A stretch of DNA of 64,000 bases, from assembly GCA_028534125.1 (NCBI GenBank), contig CM052819.1, positions 94,550,001 to 94,614,000 on the forward strand, read 5' to 3'. Positions 36,691 to 49,504 of this stretch are shown piece after piece (the stretch's first letter is position 1; each line of letters begins with the position of its first letter). The translations under genes and the position numbers were made by a program. The notes beneath the pieces are model-generated. The model made no database searches. It had not been told where the DNA came from and saw nothing but the letters and a program-made list of their open reading frames with translations. The stretch comes from Lama glama (lineage: Eukaryota).

Positions 36691-38031
36691 TATTCCCTGG
36701 GCACACATTGTTTTTAATTAATGGTGGAAAACTCCTTTTAAATCATTTAATAGTTTAAATCACTTAATAGTCTTCATATACATAATGGTTTCCAATATTG
36801 CTCCATTCATCACAGTATCAGGCAATCTTAACTAAATTGCAAATTAACGGTCATGGCGAAAAACAAAGCATCAAGCAACTATAAGGAGTGAAGGAGAAAA
36901 ACTGTGTAGACAAGCATATTTTTATTTCATTTTACAGATTCTTTGCAAGAAAAGTAAACCTTCAACCTAATACACTTACTTATACATCATTTTGGCTCCA
37001 TCAGATGTAGAAAACTCAATTTAAAGTTCTGAACTGCTAACGTGGCACATCTTTACATCACTATTAAAAATATCTACTTCAACCTGCACGTTAAGATAAA
37101 AGAAGGGCATAATATACAAGGGGTTTGGCTGTCTTTATTGTATATTGTAAACAATTTGAACTCCATCTGCTTTGGGTGTTTTGGTTCTAAGCACCAGTTA
37201 TCTAAAGCAAGATAGGACAGAGCTTCATTCAGCACGTCAGTGTGAAACTTCACAGTCCTGGTAGAGAGGATAGAAGAACAATTGGTCATATGCTCTGTTA
37301 TCTTCTTTTCAGTCTCTGATCTGAAGTCACTGAAGTCATTCCAAAGCACTAAGTCAAATGTCTCGAATTTCACTCACTTTTTTAGGTCAGTTTTACTAGC
37401 ATTTAAGATATGCATGTCTACGTATATGTGTTATAAAGCGAGACCCCTTAATTCACATTTCTGTTTAGGACTCAGGTTTTCCTTCCAATATTAGGCTAGC
37501 CTGTACTGGCTAGCCAGTAATTTTCTTTTCCTGAGATTTGAAAACCATAATTTAAAATGACTACTTCATAATGGAGAAGCGAGTCGGATAAAATAACTGC
37601 AGATAAGGCTTTCAATTTTTCTGGATGAAATTGTCAATGAAAGTGTGAGTTAAACATGTCTCTTTGACTCAGTCTTGAAGTGGTTTCTCGTCTTGTTTGA
37701 ACTCAGCACTTTCTGCACAACAAAGTGAAATCAACACCTTTACAAAAGCAACAAAAAACGGTGATTAGAAATTTCAGCTTCCATCTTTATTGTTGGTTAA
37801 ACAAGATTCTGATTTCTTTTCTAGTTAAGAACACCTAAATTACTTCTCTCAAAGAGGACAGAATGATGTATCTTCCTGTGTAAAACCATCATTTTCCCAG
37901 CAATGAACATTATTTAGACTGTCTATTTCATCAAGAGAAACTAGAGATAAAATTTTATCTAAAGACTTCTCGTTTCTCATCCCATAGAATAATACTTCAT
38001 CATTGTAGACATGTAGCTGACAGGGGCAATT

Positions 38032-38687
38032 AAAAAAAAATTGAAGTATAGGTATTTTACAATGCTGTGTTTCTGGTGTACAGCAAAGTGATTCAGATAT
38101 ATATATATATGTGTGTGTGTGTATATATATGTATATGCACACACATATACATATATAATTTTTCAAATTCTTTTCCATTATAGGTCATTATAAGATATTG
38201 AACATAATTCTTTGTGCTATATTGTAGGAACTTGTAGTCTATCTATTTTATATATAGTAGTGTATATCTATTAATCCCAAGCTCCTAATTTATCCCTCCC
38301 CCAAACCTTTCCCTTTTGGTAACCATAAGTTACCATAANNNNNNNNNNNNNNNNNNNNNNNNNNNNNNNNNNNNNNNNNNNNNNNNNNNNNNNNNNNNNN
38401 NNNNNNNNNNNNNNNNNNNNNNNNNNNNNNNNNNNNNNNNNNNNNNNNNNNNNNNNNNNNNNNNNNNNNNNNNNNNNNNNNNNNNNNNNNNNNNNNNNNN
38501 NNNNNNNNNNNNNNATGAACATTGGGGTGCATGCATCTTTTCAAATTAGAGTTTTCTCTGAATATATGCCCAGAAGTGGGATCATTGGATCATATGGTAA
38601 CTCTATTTTTAGTGTTTTCAAGAACCTCCACACTGTCCTTATAGTGGCACCACCAATTTACATTTCCACTAGCAGGGTAGGAGGGTT
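38032..38687 (-). mobile_element. 5'-truncated cetartiodactyl L1 (ORF2 end plus 3'UTR), antisense, with 15-bp TSD and internal N-run
   Basis: TSD ctgacaggggcaatt (38017-38031) / ctgacaagggcaatt (38688-38702); 'atgaacattggggtgcatgcatcttttcaaattagag...ggatcatatggtaactctattttt'; L1 endonuclease-type TTTT/AA site on the minus strand. Confidence 0.95.
38339..38514. other. Undetermined bases (176 N)
   Basis: N-run seen directly. Confidence 1.
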
Positions 38688-39089
38688 CTGACAAGGGCAA
38701 TTTTTAAAAGAGGCTTTTAAAAAAGAAATTTTTCTGAAGGCCTATATTCACTTCTGTTTTTAAAACTATTAGCTAAAGTCAAAGATGTTGGCCTTTTATC
38801 AAGCCACTTCAATGAAATCAGCAATGTCTACACAATAAAATTATAGAAAAAATAGAGTAAAACTTTGGGAAAATATTATCCTTATATTGATAACTTGTTA
38901 CATTCACTCAGTGAGCTACTAGTAATGTAAATAAAAACTACCTTATAGCCATAAAAAAATTTGGAGATTTATTCAGTTCTATTGAATTCTTTGTTATTTT
39001 AATGTTAGTCAAGCAATATCTTAAACTTTCCAGACTTTAAGAATAGCAATTATCAGAACCTTTTCGTGAAAATATTGACATCAGTTACA

Positions 39090-40380
39090 CTTGCCATATC
39101 CCCACGACAGTCATCGTATCTGGTAGATTCTACTTCCATAAATATCTCACAATCTGTCTTCGTCCTTCTTATGACACCCCCTTCATATGGCTGGTGACCA
39201 TCTGTCTTCATGCTTTCTCTTACAGCCTCCTAACAGACAACCAATCTCTCCTCCACCACATTGCCAAGGTCGATTTGTCTAGAAACAGATCTGTTGATTT
39301 CAGTGTTTTGCTGTTGCATAAAGTAGGGACCAGAATGCCCATTAAGCTTTCCACTCATCTTCAGTTCTCCTGTGTCCACATAGCGTCAGGCAACAAACAC
39401 AAACTCATTGTTTCCTGGACACCCCATGCCTTGTAGCTTTTTCCTAAGCCCATGTTCTCCTTTCTGTTGGGAATGCTATTCTTCTGATATTTCTGCCTCC
39501 CACACTTCTTGGCCTTCATTGTATAAATCACAGACTCCTGTGAAAGTTTCCTGATCTCCCTAAAGAATTAGTCATGTCCTTCTATGTGTTTCTGTAGAGT
39601 TTGCTATGCTCTCTGTGGTGTATGGGTTATGTAAACTACTTGAGGCTGTCAACAACTCATTCATTCACTCAACTCAGAGTTAACAAGAGTCCACTCTGTG
39701 CCAGGCGCTCTATTTCACACTGATCATGAAACCGTAAATACAGCGGAACACGGGTCTCTCCATTTTTGAGGACTGGTGGATCTCCCACCTCAGCAGGCAT
39801 ATGGACCACCTGGGGCACTTTATAAACATGCAGATTTCTGAGATACACCATCAGATATTCTGGCTCACAATCTCGGGATATGGCCCAGGAATGTGTCTTT
39901 TTGTTAACTGCTCTAGGTGTTGCTGGTCTGTGTGGCTCATTTACACAATGTTAGAGATACTGCAATAGGCTTTATGCTCTATTAGACATGATACATATTG
40001 TGTTCATATCATTTTATTTTATTATTTTATTTCTACTCCTATATGCCCAGCAATTAGGCTGGTACCCAGTACTCTGTACATCTTCAATAAATATTTTTGA
40101 CCAAATGATGCTCTCATGGACTTAATAATCCCATGGAAGGATGTAGAAGATTACACAAGCTGTCATAATACCATATGCCATAATTCAGAAATGAGAGTGC
40201 TATCTTATAAGGGGGCATTTAACTATGGTTGCTTAATAAGGTAAATTTCCATAGAAGAAGAGATACTGAAATTTTCACCCAAAGGATAAATGAGTTACCA
40301 GGCAAAGTGATTGAAGGGGGAAGGATTATGCCAGGCAAAAGGAATCACTTGCTCAATACTTTGTAGTTAGGAAAAACATC
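39090..40380. mobile_element. Cluster of L2 fragments in both orientations
   Basis: Plus: 'gattctacttccataaatatctcacaatctg...acagcctcctaac' and 'cttcaataaatatttttgaccaaatga'. Minus: 'cattcattcactcaac...ctctgtgccaggc' and 'ctctcatggactta...gagttaccaggcaaag'. Confidence 0.65.
39772..39963. mobile_element. MER5-like hAT-Charlie MITE
   Basis: 'gaccacctggggcactttataaacatgcagatttctg...tggcccaggaatgtgtcttttt...ctctaggtg'. Confidence 0.7.
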
Positions 40381-40759
40381 TCCCCTGGCAAGCAACAGGC
40401 AAACTGTTACAATAGAGTCATAATAAATGTGTGAGCAAATAAAGTTTGAATATCAGTGGGCCATGTGTTAAATACTTAACACAATGGCTGGCATATAGGA
40501 GGTGCTAAATGCTTATTTAATGCTAAATACTTATTTAAAGTATTTTTAATCAACAAATATAGTTTCCTTTTCACCATGAAAACCCATCAAAGACTGTACA
40601 TGATTATCATTTAATAAATAATTAATAAATTTCAAGTTTAATGAATTCTCATTTTGTAAATGAAGACAATTCAGTACAAATAAGCACACATTTCTTCAGT
40701 TTCTCAGTTTGCAGCAGTCTAAAATCCATGTATCCTGATGCATATTTAAATGCCTTCAA

Positions 40760-40920
40760 GGGGGGGGTGGGTAGAGCTCAGTGGTAGAGCGTATACTGAG
40801 CATGTGTGAGGTCCTGGGTTCAATCCGTGGTATCTCCACTAAAAAAAAAGTTGAGGACTCTGCCCAAAAAATAAATAAATGAAATAAAAGTTTTAAAAAG
40901 TCTTAAAAAATAGAAGAAAT
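40760..40920 (+). mobile_element. tRNA-Ala-derived SINE, camelid Vic-1-like
   Basis: ggggggggtgggtagagctcagtggtagagcgtatactgagcatgtgtgaggtcctgggttcaatcc...ctcca, with box A at ~40772-40784 and box B at 40817-40826; A-rich tail; imperfect TSD taaatgccttcaag / taaatgcattattcaag. Confidence 0.9.
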
Positions 40921-42078
40921 AAATGCATTATTCAAGACCAAGAAACAACTTTTTTTAATTGAAAAAAAGACGATACTTTAATTCCTGGCAACTTATTCAT
41001 GTCACATTTGTAGTGAAAACAATTTTTCTCATTGTTAGCTCTTCATAAAATTCCATTTTAATTGTTATATATTTTAATAGGGATGAGGAGGCCTCTGACA
41101 TCTGGGGCACCCAAGTGTTTCTCATCCCAGGACCTCTTCTGCAGGTTGTTTTGGAACTCCCAGGAAGGAAAAAAAAATTCACCAGTTATCACTGTGTTTA
41201 GAAGTAAGATTGAGTGTCATCTTCATGACAGGAGACAACTCTTCTATGTTAATGACACTGTTCCCTCCTTTTGTTTTTTTAGCTTTTGAATTTTAAGAAG
41301 TAATCTAGAAGACTCTCATTTTAAGAACTGTAAAAATTTCCCTCTCAAAGTCTTCACCACTGTGTGAGTAAGTGAATGCCAATTTCTGAGGTTTGGTATT
41401 TGGTGGGTCTGTTTTCTTTTCTTTTTTCCTTTACTTTTCTTTCCTTCCTTTCTTTTTATGTTATTTGCCATAGATGCTGCATATCTAGATTGTCTATCAG
41501 AAGGGAATTGGTTATTTTTATGCGTTCTTGGTTGAAACTGCTATCAGAGTACTGAGGTTATCAACCCATTGTTTGTTCTCCTGCAAATCACCTACTTCTA
41601 AGTTCCAGTTAAGCAAACTGTTTCGAGTTTTAGCTATTGTCTTTGTAGGGAAAACAGTCATCTGGAATAAAATTTCAATTAACAAATTTAACCTATTAAT
41701 AGAAAAATATAGAATTTTGAATCCTTTTTTAAAAGTTAAATAATGGAAGGTATATGATTGAGTGAAGAAGACAAGATGTTTGTTCCTTTCATGTATGATG
41801 AGGAACTTTCTAATAACTGCCTTCAGTCAATGGTGGTTATTTTAAAGCATGTAATTATATACACTCAGTTACCAAATTATGAATCCAAAGTTCTGTTTCC
41901 TAAAGCTTCTGGACATTTTAAGAGGCAGAAAGGAAACCTGACAGTGGCTTTCTCTCCTAAGTTAGCTCCAGTGCTGCTGCCCAGCACTGCAAAGCACTTA
42001 CTTCCTCTAGTGGCAGATCTTGTTGCCTACAAAAGAGAGTTCATTTTTCTCTTGGGTCATTAGATACTCGCTAGGGAA

Positions 42079-42106
42079 AAACAAAACAAAACAAAACAAA
42101 AAACAA
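42079..42106. repeat. (AAAAC)n repeat
   Basis: aaacaaaacaaaacaaaacaaaaaacaa. Confidence 0.85.
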
Positions 42107-42349
42107 TATATAATACTTTGTTTTTAACTGGAAGGATTCTCTTCCTATTAAAGTCATCTTTTGAAACCAGTGGAAGAGTATATAAAACTATAAAATAGAA
42201 GCTGTCAATGTTATTTTTGAAAGTATCACAAAGGTACTAGAGCTTTTCATATGTGTGTAAAACCCATAAGGCAAAGCCTTTATGAAGTGTACACAGTCCC
42301 TGATACAAGGTAGATGCATATAACTTACTGCCTGATGTAGTGGCTTGTG

Positions 42350-43370
42350 TAGAGATGGGCTTCAAATATGTATGAAGACTGTACCTGCTAAGGGGGGATA
42401 TCTCTTACCAGAGCCAATGGAAATAACTAATGCAATATGGTATTGAGAGATGAATGACTAATAGCTCAAAATAATTCAATTAAGAATTCAGAAAATTACC
42501 ACCACATGTTTCAAAGCTAATGAATTATTCAAGTGGTGAAAATGAGGAAAGCATGGATAGTTCAGTAAATGGGGTGGTGAAAATTAGCTGTGCGCTTGGG
42601 AGGAGATGACCTGGAAGTTACATCCCTATTTCACAACTTTTGCGAAAAATAAATTCCAATTAGATTAAAGATCTAAACATAAAAACTGAAACCATATGCA
42701 AACTAGCAGGCTTTGCCTAATGTGATACTGAAGCCCAAATTTAGGAAGATTGGTAGTACAACAGATTTAAATGTTTAAAAACTTCTGCTTGTCAAAGCAT
42801 ACCAAATAAAGCATCAGGAAAGCAAAAGTCAAGAATGGGAAGGATTTCGCAAGGTATACAAATAAATGGTTAATATCTTTTAAATACAAAAATGCATTTA
42901 TAAAGTATTAAGTAAAATGTAAATGCTCCAATAAAATGAGTAAAGGACGTGAACTAGTAAATTACAGAGGAAACAAGAGAAATAAATAATATAGCCTTAT
43001 AATTCATCAACATTGCTAATAATCCAAAGACTTCACATTATGAATTATTTTTCAACAATGAGATGGATTAAAATGGGGAGGCAAAATGTGGACTCGAGAG
43101 TAATGTTAATGAGAAAAATAAATTGTTTTAATTTTCCAGGAAAGCCATCCAGCACTACTTACTAAACTTTACCTATCAGCATCCCCTTCTCTAGCAATTC
43201 CAATTTGATGAAATTTTCCAAGTAAAAAGTGTGACTCACATGCAAAGATGCATTTATGTGACTTTATTCGAAACATTGCTTAAACCATTGGCAAATTAGG
43301 AGGAAAAACACAACTAAATGTTCATTAATAGAATGTTAGTATAATTTGCTATTTCCAAACAATGGAAAGA
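42350..43370 (+). mobile_element. Ancient L1 (L1ME-type) ORF2 3' region
   Basis: 'ccctatttcacaac...aaaaataaattccaattagattaaagatctaaacataaaaactgaaaccata', 'aaaacttctgcttgtcaaag', 'ctagcaattccaattt', 'caactaaatgttcattaatag'. Confidence 0.8.
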
Positions 43371-45719
43371 ATATCGTTGAAGTGTTTAATAATTGCTTTG
43401 TCCATCTAGTGCTGCTTTTCCTTCACCAAGTATGGTGGAAGTTCAATTATTTCTTCCATAGAAAGAATGCTAGACAAGAAATAAAGAAAGAATCCTGATT
43501 TTGCTCTATTTAAGAGTTGAAGCTGCACCCCTGCCAATGAGTTCTCCAAGACAGCCCTATGATGTTTTAAAACAAAAGTGTTCTTACCTTATTATTTAAA
43601 ATATTTCCAACAGATTTGTTCTACACAATCAAAACAGGCCTAAATCACACAATACTAATGTTAGTAAAATAATATATACATATATTTAGATATTAAATTT
43701 ATTATTCCCAGAGCATATTTTAAGACAGTTCAACTGTAGAGTAACTATATAGTTCTATTTACAACTTTTATGAACTATGTAAGGTAATAGAAGGTAATAG
43801 AAATATATAATACAAGAGCCTTCAGATAGAACCACATGGATACTTGCATGTGTGGACAAGTGCTTGAATATGTATTTATAAATATTTAGGTATATAGATA
43901 GCTCCCATCTTTCCCTGGTCTCACCAGCATGTGTCCAATAATTTTATCACTTCCTTATCATGACCAAAGATCATTTTATAAGTACCTAACCGAAGTCCCA
44001 AACTCTTACTGAGTATTTCTCCTGGCTTTTAGATCAAGTGTACTCATACAAGTTCTTTGCAACTGACTAATTTGTCATGAAATCCTATGGCTGTCTTTGA
44101 CGCAAATTGCTTTTGTGAGACAATCAATGTTGTGAGATAGAGCTGTCTCTTTGACCATTGCCATTAGTGCCCCCACCCAAGGCTTGGAAGAGGGCATTTC
44201 CTCCCTAATTCCTCACAGCATAATTGAAGATTGAACATTATTAAAGCATGGGCATAAAGTATGTATAAACAAGAGTGGCTGCAACTTACATTAGAAAAGG
44301 TTGCTACTTTGAGTGCAGTGAACAAACCAGAACACATTTCTTCCCTAGCCTCAAGAAGCCCTTCATGTGGTTGGTAGTTTCATTCTCCATCAGTGAGAAT
44401 CAACATGTATTACCACACATGGAAATCCAAGCCTGTGCTTTTCTTGAAATTCTTCTGTCCCTCTTTCAGAACCAGGCTGACCAACAATGGGTTATCGCTT
44501 CCCTGCATGTGATTTCTTATTCCTCAAAGAAAGACTAATTCTTCCCTGTTGCTTCAATGATAATTAAAATAGACCATAATATTATTATTCAGTCTTAAGC
44601 AATAGCAAATGTGAGACAATGCTTGTTCCTTAAATATTAAACTGCACCAAACCCAGCCCTATTCCTTTTCATAGCTTTAGCTACACGGGGAGGGGTGGAG
44701 GTAGGGGAGGAAAAATATGGTATGCCAAACATACTTACTGTATGGCTGTTAGCATAATTGGGGCCATATTGGGCTCCTTCCGTTATTCCTGTCCTTCCAC
44801 TGACTCTATCTAGGGCTATATTTCATAGTAACTCTTCTCTGTCATCAAGGGCTTTGTAGTTAATAGATATTGTTTAAAGACCATCAGGTCCAGGTGGCCT
44901 CTATGTTGTTAGTCTCCGATGATGAAGATTTTCGCTGACGCATTCTTGGCGCCCATGAGACTAGTCACCCATTCATAAATCTTGACTCAGGGATGGACTT
45001 TCTGTTTCCAAGCATGTACCTCCATGACTTAGATTAACTATAAAATTGTCCCAGTGGCTCCTTGGTGGTGCAGAGTATAGCTGTGAATGCTTCACGTTCC
45101 TACCCTCTAAGTTACCACATAGTAAACTGATCCACTGATTATATGGAACTGCCTGCTTTCTCTTTTGGTCTCAAGATACTGTCTCAGTTTGATGGGCACT
45201 TTTTGTTCCCTTCGTCTTCCAAGACTCACTAACTGCCATCACATCTTGATTATTGTTCTCCTTGATTGAAGTTTCAACTGAAATAGTTTGAGACAAGATT
45301 TGGAAAAAATATCACACTATTTGTCAGCTCTGTAGAGTAATGGTTCTGTTGATGATAAATCAATTTATCATGCAAACAGGATACTTAACATCATAGCCTG
45401 TACTATGTACATTTGAAATATTTCAAAACATTCAACTATACCCCAAGTATGAGAGTATATTTCTTATATTTACATAAAGGAATGAGCAGTTACTAAGAAA
45501 AGTGAAATTTTAGCCCATGATGAACCTAATTACACAAATGGCAGGATACTCTTTTGCAATTTAACAAGATGTGTTTTTCTGAACTTTTCTAAACTTTTTG
45601 ATCCTATACCATTTCAGACATTCATTGACTCAAGGGAGTGTTCTAACAGGATAAGCACAGAAGTGTTTTTTCTGCAAATTTAACCTTACCTTGGAATGAG
45701 TGACTAGCCTAGTGTGGAT

Positions 45720-46300
45720 GATAAAAATTAGAGGTAGCTGTGTCTTTCTTTCCAGCTAAAGCCTCGGGGAAGAAACAATGTGGTGCCAGGGAGGACTTGT
45801 GTTACATGTCTAGGCAGAGAGAGCCTGAGATATCTGTGACTTTTTAGAACCAAGTATTAAGGTACCATCTTAAATGGCACTGAAAATGGCTAAGATAAAA
45901 CTAGACTCAAAAAATTGGAGCCAAAGACAAGAACAAGAATTGTAAACTGACTATACTTCAATAAAAATGTATTAAATAACAGAAAAAAAAAGAACAAAAC
46001 AAAGAAGTCTGTGGAATCAACAAGTGAGGACCAGTGGGATTATAAATGTCCCATCAAATGCCATTGTGTAGACAGAGGATGCCTGAGATGGCCACCCCTC
46101 CTCTTCCACACTGGGGACTTTGTAGCACCTAGAACTTGGATGCACACCAGAGGGAAAGGGCAGTGAGACCTACATTAACTCAAATTAAACTATTGCTACC
46201 CAACATAATGAGTCTCAAGTTAGACACTAAAATAATATAAGATAAAGAAATCACATTTCTTGAACATCCAAAGTCATGGCCTAAGGCTTGGCCTCCACCT
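45720..46300 (+). mobile_element. Probable ancient mammalian Gypsy-type LTR (MamGypLTR/LTR8x-like)
   Basis: 3' motif 'ataaagaaatcacatttcttgaacatccaaagtcatggcctaag' and 'gaggaccagtgggattat' resemble my recollection of MamGypLTR consensus sequences. Confidence 0.45.
45940..45990 (+). mobile_element. Extremely truncated (~50 bp) L1 3' end
   Basis: 'ttgtaaactgactatacttcaataaaaa' plus an A-rich tail, flanked by aagaacaa repeats (45929-45936 / 45989-45996). Confidence 0.75.
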
Positions 46301-46329
46301 TTTTTTCTTATTTTCAAAAAAATCTAGAA

Positions 46330-48750
46330 GTGACTTCTGCTTCAAGATGAAAGGCTAAATGAATGGCTTAATCTGCCTCTCTAGTAAGCAAGAAAAATGA
46401 TTAAAATGACAGTAAAAATGTATAAATCACTAAATATACACAGCCATACATACACAAATAAATGAATGAACACATTAACAGATACATAAATAAAGCCATA
46501 ATGTTGGATATAAGAAATGTGTAAATAAAATCTAATAATAAATGTTGAAATACTTCTAAAACCAGCATAAAGTACAAATCATGACACAACCAGGTTAGTC
46601 TTGTACAGGTAACACCGTCCCGCAGAGGAGCTCAAAGCTCAGAGTGAGCTGATACACAATGTAGAGGTGGATTCTGGGGCAGTCATCGTTGTCAGAAGTC
46701 TGTCTCCAGACCAACTGAACCAATGACCCTATCTTAACATAAGCAGAAGCTATCAGAAATATTGACTCCTAGGCAGTTTTTCCCATTAAATTAATAATAA
46801 TAGTAAATACTAATAATAGATTTTCCTTGGGAGAGAAGCCTAGTATGAATGAAGGGACAAGAAAGAGAAGCAAAAGAAAATATAAGGACTTTCAAAATAC
46901 TCCTGGAGAGATAAACAGGAAAGGGATATTCAACTAGGAATGAAAATCTAGAGATGTTCATGTCCAGAATAAAATATTGTTCTATTTATATTCCAACAAT
47001 TGGTGCCTATCCATATTGCTACTCCTTATCTCTATCCCTATAATTTATCTGTGGCTTGGTTCTTTTTTGCCCACTTAGAGTAAATGGAGCTGCACTAGTG
47101 AGAAAACAAAACAAACACTTGCAATAATGATCAGCCTAGCTATTCATTCATAATTTGGAGACATTAAAGAATAAATGCCTTTAGAAGACAATTAATAGAA
47201 CAACAGAAAAGAACCAAGAAAAACAAATGATAAATAACCATTTAATTATGTAATAATACTCTGGAAGTTAACTTAATAATCTGGAAGGTAAATCTGAGGA
47301 TATCTCCCTGTATAGCAGAGTTGGAGAGATGGAATACAGAAGAAAAAACATATATCTAGAGACTCTTAGCTTAAAGCTTTTCTCTAGTAGAAGACTGTAA
47401 AGAAAAAAATGAATACGAGTTTATATTACTGATTTCCATTCATATGAAGAGTTATCTCTTTATTGAGAAAAGCCCACTGTGCACTAAACACAACTTTTAA
47501 AAATGTCTCCCACAAAACTAAATACAAGCTGGTGTAATTTCTGATTTCTACTAGTTTGTAGAAAGCTGTAAAAGCTAGTGAAGCCAATGAAGTTGCAATG
47601 GACAAACCAGTTATCTACAATGAAAGATGGACTAGCATTATTTATGCCATCAACAAACGTGAATGAAAAGAGTTATGGAATAATATCATTAAATTCCTAA
47701 AGTAAAGCACTTTCAACATGGAAATTTCCAGACAAACTATATATTGTGAGGGCAAAATAAAAACATATGTACATATAAATACAGAAACTGACTTGAGTAA
47801 TTTCTGTGTTCCTATAATCTAAAGTCCCAATGAAGACTAACTTCAAGAGGAGTTCAATTCAGTTGATGACAGTGGTCAGAGCCCTAGTTCTGGCCACTTT
47901 TCACTACAGTGAAGTCTTCTTTGCCTTCTATAATATGTCAGCCACTTCTTTAGGATGGCTCTTCTCATGGAAGTGAAATTGGCTGATAACATTTTATTTA
48001 CTTACAGTAGGAAAGAAAAATGTCTTTATTGTAGAATATTGTTCAGAAATTCTAAGTTTGGTTAGTGGTCTCATGCCCTTTGCTGAACTGTCACTGTGAT
48101 CAGGGCATATGCTCTATCTTTGGGACTAGAAGTTGACTCAACTTCCTCAGAAGGTGTCACCAGAAGTTAGGTAACATTGGAAATAAATAATATATAAATG
48201 TTAAGGAGATGTGAAAGTCTATTACAAAGATTAAGATCTATTTCCTGTGAACTCTTTCTGTAAAATGCTTAGAAAAAGAAGAAACCAAGGGAAGGAGAAA
48301 GCATGGGCTATGAGACACCATAGAACCAACCTAAGAATATAATGTAAGTAAAACCAATTATGACTGCAGTAAAGCAAATTAAAAAAAAAAAGGAAACCAA
48401 TTAAATTATAAAATTTATAAGAAGTCAGGAAACCCATGAGGAATGATTCCATGAAGGAACATAAAAAAAGCTATATCATGAACAACTTAATAGCAATATT
48501 AAGGCACACATACTTCATTGTTAAGTAGAAAATAGGCAGTTAGAGGCCACTGGAGGAAAACAATGCTGTATAAGAAACCCACAGTCTAAATACAAAGCAA
48601 GATAAAATACAGCGTATTTTTGAGCAAAGGATGAAATATAAAATTAGTTCTTAGTTAATAAAGTCAAAACTCCACTGGTCAATAAATTCAGGAAGAAGAA
48701 AAGAGCCAATTGCTATTCTAATTTCATGAAAAGTCTCTTTAAATTTATAA
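46330..48750 (+). mobile_element. Decayed L1 5'/ORF1-like or HAL1 element, with internal insertions
   Basis: A-rich tract; 'gacttctgcttcaagatg', 'ctggaaggtaaatctgaggatatctccc', 'attgagaaaagcccactgtgcac', 'tgtgagggcaaaataaaaacat'. Confidence 0.55.
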
Positions 48751-49504
48751 TATAAAAGTATAATATAATAATAATAATATAATTTCCCCAAGATTTTTCC
48801 CCTGAAGCTACGTGGAATATATGAATGAATGGGTTTGTTTGACAACACACACCATAATTGAATAAACATGTTCCTTAAGACTGCCTGGACAGCATTAACT
48901 ATCCAGTAAATAATTGTTCAATGAATCAATTTCCATTTTTTAAAAAATTTAAAATTAAACAGAAAAAATCATAATTATATCCATGGTGAAACTGTGAGTG
49001 GGAAGTGAAAATAGCCTTTAAATTGTATTTGATCACATTTCCTACTTTTAGCAATTTTTATCTATAGAATGCATTTTATAATTTTTAATTTTTATTCACT
49101 TTAAATTTTATAAATTGGACTGAAGAAAATCACTTACCAATAAGACATTAGTTACTTTTGGAAAGGATACAACTCTTTTAAGATAATTGTATACAGAGAA
49201 AGGACTCAGAGGGATGTGTGCAAAGTCAGTACAGATACAGTGTGATGGTCCAATTTTGTTTACTGGACACTGTGCTCCATGTTGAAATTCCAATGTAAAC
49301 AAGACATAAGCACTGGTATTAAGCACTTAAGGTCTAGACTGGCAAATTTTTAATAATTACAATAGATCTTAATAAGTTCTATGATTGGGATTATGTACAC
49401 TCTATTACTGGTACCCAAAAGCGAGACTGAGAAATTTTATTTTTAGAGACTCAAACAAGGAAAATCATTGATTTATAAGTGGATTAAAAAATTGATGTGA
49501 GGGC

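Noticed and set aside
36362-36758. Overlapping 114-aa and 85-aa ORFs
   Set aside because: They lie within a GC-richer ERVL-type LTR; no protein similarity recognised.
40760-40840. Functional tRNA-Ala gene
   Set aside because: Stems are disrupted, the 5' G-run is extended, and it has an A-rich tail and TSD, so it is a SINE.
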